Positions 57,934 to 64,000 of a DNA stretch of 64,000 nt are shown piece by piece. Position 1 is the first letter of the stretch. Each line of letters begins with the position of its first letter. Source of the DNA: Cyanobacteria bacterium auto_48_18 (lineage in GTDB: Bacteria > Cyanobacteriota > Vampirovibrionia > Obscuribacterales > Obscuribacteraceae); contig JAVHQC010000008.1 of NCBI GenBank assembly GCA_036170915.1, positions 25,465 to 89,464 of the forward strand, in the 5' to 3' direction. The notes beneath the pieces are model-generated. The model was not told the DNA's origin. It was given only the letters and a program-made list of their open reading frames with translations, and ran no database searches. Both the position numbers and the translations under genes were made by a program.

Positions 57934-59163
57934 TCAAATAATCGCGCGCGCCTTTTTTGCCACCGCTTCCGATTCTTCAATGCGATTCTGTTTGTAGAGC
58001 AAACGCGCATAGGTCTCTAGCAATTCTTTCAATTCTTTGTCCTGGGCTTTCAGTACGTTTTCTTTCAGTTCAATAGCTTCTTTCAGTAGCGGCTCCGCTT
58101 CCGCGGTGTGACCAAGGTTGTATTCAACTTCACCGAGGGCACAAAGGCTTTGAGCCAGTTCCTTGTCGTGGCCTGCACCGGCTTTTCTGGCGATGGCCAG
58201 CGCTTGTTTCAGTTTGCTTAGAGCTTCCAGATGTTCTTCAATAGAGCGATCGCTAACAGCATACTGCACCAGCAGCGGCACCAGTTTGATACTGTCTGGT
58301 CCGGAAGCTTTGATTTCTTTGTCCATTTGTTCGTCTAGGTCGGCCATTTTGATCAAGGCCTCTTCTTTACGCAGATGGAAAGCCTTATCTTTGTCGGTGG
58401 TGTGGTCGATATGACCTACCTTAACACCGCCGGAGGTTTCATAACTTTCACCCAATCCAACTCTTTGACCGTTCCAGATAGAGAAATCTTTGGAATGATC
58501 GTTTGCAAATCCGACTGTATAAGTCATCTGATATGGACCATCCACACCAGCTGGCAAAGGCGCAAACGGTGATGCTCTTTTGATGCCGATGATTGCAAGG
58601 CGATCGGCATTCTTGTCTCCCGATGATTTAGTCACAGCTAACTGGCTCACCGTGCCATCTTTAGCGATACTCATCTTCACAGATACCTGACAGAAGAGAA
58701 GACGTTTTGGCACCCACCAGGTCTTGTGAATCTTCTTGCTGAATTCAGCAAAATATGGATTCATATCGACACCACTGGCGGTGTGGCCGCGTTGACACGG
58801 CAAGGTGAAAGTAACATTGAGCGTGCTTCGGCCGCCAGGCAAAGGGGCAAATGGGCCGCTTTTCTTGATGCATTCCATAGCCAGGCTGTCTGCGGCAGGG
58901 TCACCTGATGGCTCCTGCACTTTCACTGCACTAACTTGGCCGTTTTTAGCGATGGTAAAAAGTACTGTTACTTTTTCGGCTGTAGTTTTTTGTGGTGGCG
59001 ACCACTGAATTTTGCTCTGCAGCTGGCTCATGTAGGCTTTTAAATCTGGTTTGGTATCAGCTTTAGATTGTGCTTGCGCCTGCTTTTCAATGCCGAGTGT
59101 GCTTAAAGCTAGTGAGAGAGCCAAGCCCAGGGTGATCACTTTTGTATTAAACATAGACTCCAT
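57934..59163 (-). CDS. Exported protein with two TonB/TolA C-terminal-like domains + TPR repeats
   Basis: Signal peptide. Two I.K.G.VS...V...SGD...D..A...I....PFAPLP units, then C-terminal TPRs (AEAEPLLKEAI). Confidence 0.85.
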   Translation of the reverse strand: MESMFNTKVITLGLALSLALSTLGIEKQAQAQSKADTKPDLKAYMSQLQSKIQWSPPQKTTAEKVTVLFTIAKNGQVSAVKVQEPSGDPAADSLAMECIKKSGPFAPLPGGRSTLNVTFTLPCQRGHTASGVDMNPYFAEFSKKIHKTWWVPKRLLFCQVSVKMSIAKDGTVSQLAVTKSSGDKNADRLAIIGIKRASPFAPLPAGVDGPYQMTYTVGFANDHSKDFSIWNGQRVGLGESYETSGGVKVGHIDHTTDKDKAFHLRKEEALIKMADLDEQMDKEIKASGPDSIKLVPLLVQYAVSDRSIEEHLEALSKLKQALAIARKAGAGHDKELAQSLCALGEVEYNLGHTAEAEPLLKEAIELKENVLKAQDKELKELLETYARLLYKQNRIEESEAVAKKARAII

Positions 59164-60486
59164 TTATTGTGGCGGAGAGATCGTCAGTGTAATTGTAGTG
59201 CCTTTGCCTGGCGAAGAATCTATGCTGAGCTGACAAGGGAAGAAGCAGCGAATCAATTCCATGCGTTCGCGCATACCTTCAAGGCCCATACTATGCGAAC
59301 CGTCTGCTTCTAAACGCACGTGGCCGGCGTCGAAGCCTGAACCATTATCGCTGATTGCAAAAACGTTTAAACCGTGTGCAGACGCTTTGACGTTGACAGT
59401 CACTTCACTGGCGCTGGCGTGTTTTTCGGTATTGTTCAAGCTTTCTTGAACTATTCGAAAAATGTGTAGACTGACCAGATCGGGATATTTGGGTAGTTCG
59501 CCTGAGAAACTAAAGTTGACCTTTAACCCGGTGCGGCGGCCAATTCGTTCAAGAAGGTCTTCAATGCCTACTTGTAGGCCCCACTCTTGCAATTGTCGCG
59601 GTGAGTATTCATTGACAATGTCGCGTAGTTGCAGAACTACTTCGTCAATTATTTCTATCGTTTCTTCCGGTGAGAGTTTTTTGTCACCGGAAAGATAACG
59701 TTTAAGCATCATCAAGTCGGCTATGACACTATCATGCAAGTCGCGTGCCAACTGGTTTTTCAGCTCTTCTTGCTGATTGAGCAGTTTGAAAAGAAGATTG
59801 TTTTTCTCCATTTCTAGTTGCTGTTCAAGGTTAGGCGGCAGTACGTCTGGAAATGGCTTCTGCGCTCGCGGTTTTTCTTTCCCGGCAGCCAGCTCGTCGA
59901 GTAAAAGCTCTACAAATCGGCAAGACTGTTCGGCGTTAAGGCGCACACCGTCTCGTTTCCAGACCAGACCTTTTTCATTTTCCGAGAATGTGAATTTGCC
60001 ACGAAAGCGCGATCCGAATTCACTCATCGAGATATGCGGCACTTCTTTATCAGGGACGATAAAAAATTCAATTACACCGCGAGATGCCCTGACGGAAAGA
60101 GTATTGCTGCCGCCGGTAACTTTCCAGCGGCTGTAAAAGGGCAATGTTTTCTGACCGCTTGCAGTCTCTCCTTTACGCGGCAACCAGTTGGTGGGCTCCG
60201 GCACGCGAATGGGATCGCTTGCGCTGAGGTGCATTTGTGGAAAAGTTTCCATGAGCATCTTTATGTATTGCTTGGCGTGGCTATTTAGAGCCAGTGACAA
60301 TTCTTCCGCCTGCTTCTGTAAATAATCTTCACGAGCGCGGCTTTTGGCAATGCGGGCATGGGTCTGGAATTGCTCTTGAATCTCTGCTTCTTGTTGCAAG
60401 TCGGCTAGACGGGCTTGCAGAAGCTTCTCATCAGGCAAATCTTTACCTGCTTGATTGCGAAAAAATTGTTTGAGAAATTCATTCAC
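59164..60486 (-). CDS. Soluble HisKA_3 (NarX-type) histidine kinase
   Basis: LARDLHDSV, FRIVQESLNNTEKHA, DNGSGFD and GL.GMRER. No TM evident. Confidence 0.9.
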   Translation of the reverse strand: MNEFLKQFFRNQAGKDLPDEKLLQARLADLQQEAEIQEQFQTHARIAKSRAREDYLQKQAEELSLALNSHAKQYIKMLMETFPQMHLSASDPIRVPEPTNWLPRKGETASGQKTLPFYSRWKVTGGSNTLSVRASRGVIEFFIVPDKEVPHISMSEFGSRFRGKFTFSENEKGLVWKRDGVRLNAEQSCRFVELLLDELAAGKEKPRAQKPFPDVLPPNLEQQLEMEKNNLLFKLLNQQEELKNQLARDLHDSVIADLMMLKRYLSGDKKLSPEETIEIIDEVVLQLRDIVNEYSPRQLQEWGLQVGIEDLLERIGRRTGLKVNFSFSGELPKYPDLVSLHIFRIVQESLNNTEKHASASEVTVNVKASAHGLNVFAISDNGSGFDAGHVRLEADGSHSMGLEGMRERMELIRCFFPCQLSIDSSPGKGTTITLTISPPQ

Positions 60487-60499
60487 TTGAGTAGCTCGG

Positions 60500-61135
60500 T
60501 CAACTTTCCATTTCTACGCTGCCAAAACCGTTTTGCACGGCCCAGGCAATTAATTGTTCGCGACTTTCAAGATTGAGCTTGAGCAGCAGGGTTTCGCATT
60601 GTTTGCGAGCAGTGGCCACAGAAGTAACCCTGTGCTCTGCTATTTCCTGATATTTCATACCGCGGCCGAGCATTGTCAGCACTTCCATCTCAGCCCGTGT
60701 GATTTTTTTATAGGTCTTGGTTACTTCGTCTGAAATCAGGCCGCTTTTGCCGGCTAGCACTGCTTGAATAGTCTCGGCAACCTTGGCTACGCGCTCGGAC
60801 TTTAGTAGATAAGCGGAAACGCCCATAGCCAGAACCGATTGAATAAATGCCATGCGACTTTCGGCCGAAAATATGATTAGTTTGGTCTGTTCCCCGGCTG
60901 CGGCCCGGAATGCCTCAATAGTCGCTTTGGGACCCATCGTGCCCGGTAAATGTAAATCGAGCACAATGATGTCTGGATGATGCTCATTGAGTTGTTTCAA
61001 ACCGTCGTCGCTGGTGGCGGCGGTGCCCACTACTTTTAGTCCTGGCACATTCGAAAGTCCAAGGAAAAGCCCATCCATTGTGGCGTGATGGTCTTCCACT
61101 ATAAGCACTTTTGCTGGTGCATCTATTTCAGGCAT
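60500..61135 (-). CDS. NarL/LuxR family response regulator
   Basis: VLIVEDH, VLDLHLP, YLLK and a LuxR-type HTH (T.AE.EVL.ML..G....EIA). Confidence 0.92.
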   Translation of the reverse strand: MPEIDAPAKVLIVEDHHATMDGLFLGLSNVPGLKVVGTAATSDDGLKQLNEHHPDIIVLDLHLPGTMGPKATIEAFRAAAGEQTKLIIFSAESRMAFIQSVLAMGVSAYLLKSERVAKVAETIQAVLAGKSGLISDEVTKTYKKITRAEMEVLTMLGRGMKYQEIAEHRVTSVATARKQCETLLLKLNLESREQLIAWAVQNGFGSVEMES

Positions 61136-61404
61136 TGCTGATAATAATTCCCGCCTTGAACCGCTTGACCACAATACTTTCTACCCTGTTGGCAATAATC
61201 ATAAAAAAGTGGCGAGATTCTATGATTTGGAGTGCAAGCGCTTTTTGCGAGTATCTGGTAGCTTTAAATTGAACTAAGCACCTGGAATGCAAAACATTGC
61301 AACAGCCGAGGCTGTGGAGGGTTAGAGAGGGGTCCTGCAGGGGAACGTATTGCTATAGTTCATATATATTCGGGTTAGGATCTAGAGGTCGACCGAGGGA
61401 AACT

Positions 61405-64000
61405 GTGCCGCCATTCGATTTTTTGAAGAAAAACAATACAACTAGAAGTTACCCCACTGACATTTTGATTGGGGAGCTTTTCGTTAAAGCTGGTGTAATC
61501 ACCCAGAAGCAGTTGGATGACACTGCTCGGTCAGCTGGAACAAAGCATTTACACATCGGTCAAATGCTGACAATGTCTGGTTTTATCAATCATCGCGATT
61601 TGCAATCAGCGGTAGACGCACAGTCGATGCTTAGAGACAAAGTAATTGATATGAGCCTAGCAGCGCGTTGTCTGAAAATATCTTGCAAAAGCGGTGCTAG
61701 TTTTCAAGATTTGGTTAGAGAAGAGCTGGCCATCGAACAGCAAGCTTCTACTCAGACTAACCGTCTGGGTGAGTTGCTGATTGATTCGGGAATTATCAAC
61801 AAAGCCGTATTCGGCGCGGCAATGCAGCGCTCGCTGGCGACCGGACTGCCCCTGGGACGTATTCTTGTTTTAAACGGCTCCATGCCCGACTCGCTTCTGC
61901 GCGTTGCTCTTGAGCTACAGGTGCGGGTGCGCGACGGCATGATGCACCGGCACGAAGCTCTTGAAGCCTTGAAGAACGAAGGCTCGAAGGCTGGCGCCAC
62001 GCTGACAGGAGATCAGGGCCTGTATGCCGATCTTAAACTTAAGCCAACCCGTCAGAAAACCGTGCGTATCGGTGAGCTTCTGGTGATGGCTAATTTTCTT
62101 AACGAAACCGACGTCATGAGCTGCCTTGAGCTTGGCCTGTTAGGCGAGCGGCCAATCGGTGAAGTGATGGTGGAACAAGGCTATGTGTCTGACGACATGT
62201 TGCAAGTTGCACTGGCTGTTCAACAGATGATCGAGGAAGGTCTCTTTGACCGGGAGAGTGCTGGCGCGGCCATGCGGAGTATGCATGAGACAGGCAACAT
62301 TTTGCCTGAAGTGCAGAGCCGCCTGGCTAATAATTATGTGTCGCCTGGTCTGGATTCGCCTGCAGCCGACCCTGAACTGGAGAGTGAATTTTCAGCGGCT
62401 TCGCGGCGGGCCGGCGGAAGCGGGGGCGATGAAGCACCATCTTTAGAATCACTCATGGCCTCAGTAGTAGGCACTGACAGCGTAGCCCAGAAGTCGGGTA
62501 GTACAGCTTCACGACTAGCCGCGCTAGAAAATCATTACTTAAAAGATGAGGACGCACAACCCGCCGCTAGCGATGACAAAGAATATGGTGGTGGTGCTCC
62601 CTCTGCTGATCACTCTTTCGAAGCCTTATTAATCGCCGCAAACGTGGTTTCTGCCGAAGATATCGACCGCGCTCTGGCTATGGCCAGGCAAAATCCACTG
62701 GCTTTAGCAGATGTGCTCAAAGTTACTGGTTTCTTCACGGAAATCGGACGCCAGGCCGCTCTTGACTGTAATTTATTGATGGAAAAGGGTGATTTCGCGC
62801 TGGATAATGCAGCACAAGTCTTGGATCATTGCATCAACAAAGGACGCCTGCGCGATCTTACATTTGAAGCGGCGTTAGTTGAACTCGGATGGACCAGAGA
62901 GAATCTGCCAGAGGCAACTGTTGCGGTTTCGGCACCTTTACCTGAGGCAGTGCCTTTCAGTTTAGATTCGAAGCTTGACGCAGTGCGGGATTCTCTGGCT
63001 GCTGACACTGCTGACACTGCTGACACTGCTGCCACTGCATCTGGTGCTAGTGCTGAGGCAAGTTCGGAGACAAGTTCAGAGACAAGTTCAGAGACAGAAG
63101 CCGATTCTGACTTGCTCAGTTTGTTTGGTTTGACTGACAAAGCTAAGAGCACTGAAGCAGAAGAGAAATCGGCTCAGGTTGCCGCTCAGGCCGAGGCTTT
63201 AATTGCGTCTCTGGCGCAAATGCCCGATGATGCGGTTGCTTCTGCTGATGCTGAAGCGGCACAAGCGCGCCCAGACGCATTTCAAACTACGGCTGTGTTC
63301 AGCACTATTGCCAGAGAAGAAGTAGATAAGGTAGCCGATAGAGTAGCGCAGGAAAGCAGCGGATCCCTTGATAGTCTGCTCAGCAAGCTCGAGAACGCTG
63401 TGAACGATGCGCCTCCTGACGTTGCTGAATTAATGGGCACCACTGGCGATGCGCCCGTAAAGGATTCTGATTCTTTCCACGCTCCCCTCGATCGTTCGTA
63501 CGATTCTAGTGTGCCTGGTCTAGATAGCTTGCTGGACGCCGCTGAGTTCAATATCGATCTTAAAAGTACGTTTGACCAGCCGCCAGTTTTTAATCTTGAC
63601 GAGAAGCCCCCTGCCACTGCTGAACTTGAATTTAGTTTGCATGATGTAAAACCCGCTGCAGATGCTGCTTTTGACGAGGCCTCCGTCCCGTCACCAATGG
63701 AAGAAGTGCAGTCGGCTGATCAGTTGATGGCTCAGTTAACCGGTGGCGAAAGTAACGGCCATGGTGCTGCTGCAGTTGAAAGCAAACCAGAGGATGAAGT
63801 TGATTTACGCTCACTGTTTTCTAATATCAAATTAGAAAGAACAGGCGAGTTTGACCTACCTAAATTGCCTGTGGAGAGTGTTCCGACACCGGTGGTGGTG
63901 CCCTCACCAGCGCCAGTAGCTGAAGTTCCAGCACCTGCGCCGGCTCCAGCGCCAGTAGCTGAAGTTCCAGCACCTGCGCCGGCTCCAGCGCCAGTAGCTG
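61405..64000 (+). CDS. Large MshEN-repeat protein with an acidic low-complexity region; runs off the window end (absent from the ORF track)
   Basis: GAGGGA RBS and GTG 61405; I found no in-frame stop up to 64000. My translation shows LIGELFVKAGVI, HIGQMLTMSGFI, RLGELLIDSGII, PLGRILVLNG, RIGELLVMANFL and PIGEVMVEQGYV. Confidence 0.85.
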   Translation, partial: MPPFDFLKKNNTTRSYPTDILIGELFVKAGVITQKQLDDTARSAGTKHLHIGQMLTMSGFINHRDLQSAVDAQSMLRDKVIDMSLAARCLKISCKSGASFQDLVREELAIEQQASTQTNRLGELLIDSGIINKAVFGAAMQRSLATGLPLGRILVLNGSMPDSLLRVALELQVRVRDGMMHRHEALEALKNEGSKAGATLTGDQGLYADLKLKPTRQKTVRIGELLVMANFLNETDVMSCLELGLLGERPIGEVMVEQGYVSDDMLQVALAVQQMIEEGLFDRESAGAAMRSMHETGNILPEVQSRLANNYVSPGLDSPAADPELESEFSAASRRAGGSGGDEAPSLESLMASVVGTDSVAQKSGSTASRLAALENHYLKDEDAQPAASDDKEYGGGAPSADHSFEALLIAANVVSAEDIDRALAMARQNPLALADVLKVTGFFTEIGRQAALDCNLLMEKGDFALDNAAQVLDHCINKGRLRDLTFEAALVELGWTRENLPEATVAVSAPLPEAVPFSLDSKLDAVRDSLAADTADTADTAATASGASAEASSETSSETSSETEADSDLLSLFGLTDKAKSTEAEEKSAQVAAQAEALIASLAQMPDDAVASADAEAAQARPDAFQTTAVFSTIAREEVDKVADRVAQESSGSLDSLLSKLENAVNDAPPDVAELMGTTGDAPVKDSDSFHAPLDRSYDSSVPGLDSLLDAAEFNIDLKSTFDQPPVFNLDEKPPATAELEFSLHDVKPAADAAFDEASVPSPMEEVQSADQLMAQLTGGESNGHGAAAVESKPEDEVDLRSLFSNIKLERTGEFDLPKLPVESVPTPVVVPSPAPVAEVPAPAPAPAPVAEVPAPAPAPAPVA
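63907..64000 (+). repeat. 39-bp coding tandem repeat (PAPVAEVPAPAPA), at least 2.4 copies
   Basis: CCAGCGCCAGTAGCTGAAGTTCCAGCACCTGCGCCGGCT at 63907 and 63946, partial copy at 63985. Confidence 0.9.

Overview
A 64-kb, gene-dense bacterial chromosomal segment with roughly balanced GC and about 50 CDS. I see no rRNA, tRNA, CRISPR array, prophage or intact IS. The gene content includes stand-alone MshEN-repeat proteins, four Hanks-type Ser/Thr kinases (two with LRRs), TPR fusions, a TonB-C/TPR protein, an exported caspase-like protease, glgX and a delta-9 desaturase, with no photosynthesis genes. This suggests a non-photosynthetic cyanobacterial relative (Melainabacteria/Vampirovibrionia, Obscuribacterales-like), which is inference only. 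Highlights: (1) an unannotated 19-codon Tyr-rich leader (MTAKNAYSYYYYTYSLGVG, 1251-1310) plus an intrinsic terminator forms an apparent tyrosine-sensing attenuator. It lies upstream of a Tyr-poor heme-oxygenase-like di-iron enzyme, a candidate for an unrecognised tyrosine-pathway enzyme. (2) A dispersed palindrome with core AACCGTTAACGGTT occurs in nine exact copies, with perfect arms up to 46 bp in total, both intergenically and in-frame inside proteins. (3) An IS1595-transposase-like protein appears to have its DDE core replaced by a DprA-like winged helix. (4) An RHH regulator has a 21-bp-periodic operator-like array. (5) Fur/Zur-like boxes lie upstream of a His/Cys-rich protein. (6) A YyaL gene is frameshifted, and a long MshEN ORF missed by the ORF track runs off the right edge. 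All family calls come from motif recognition by eye; no searches were run.
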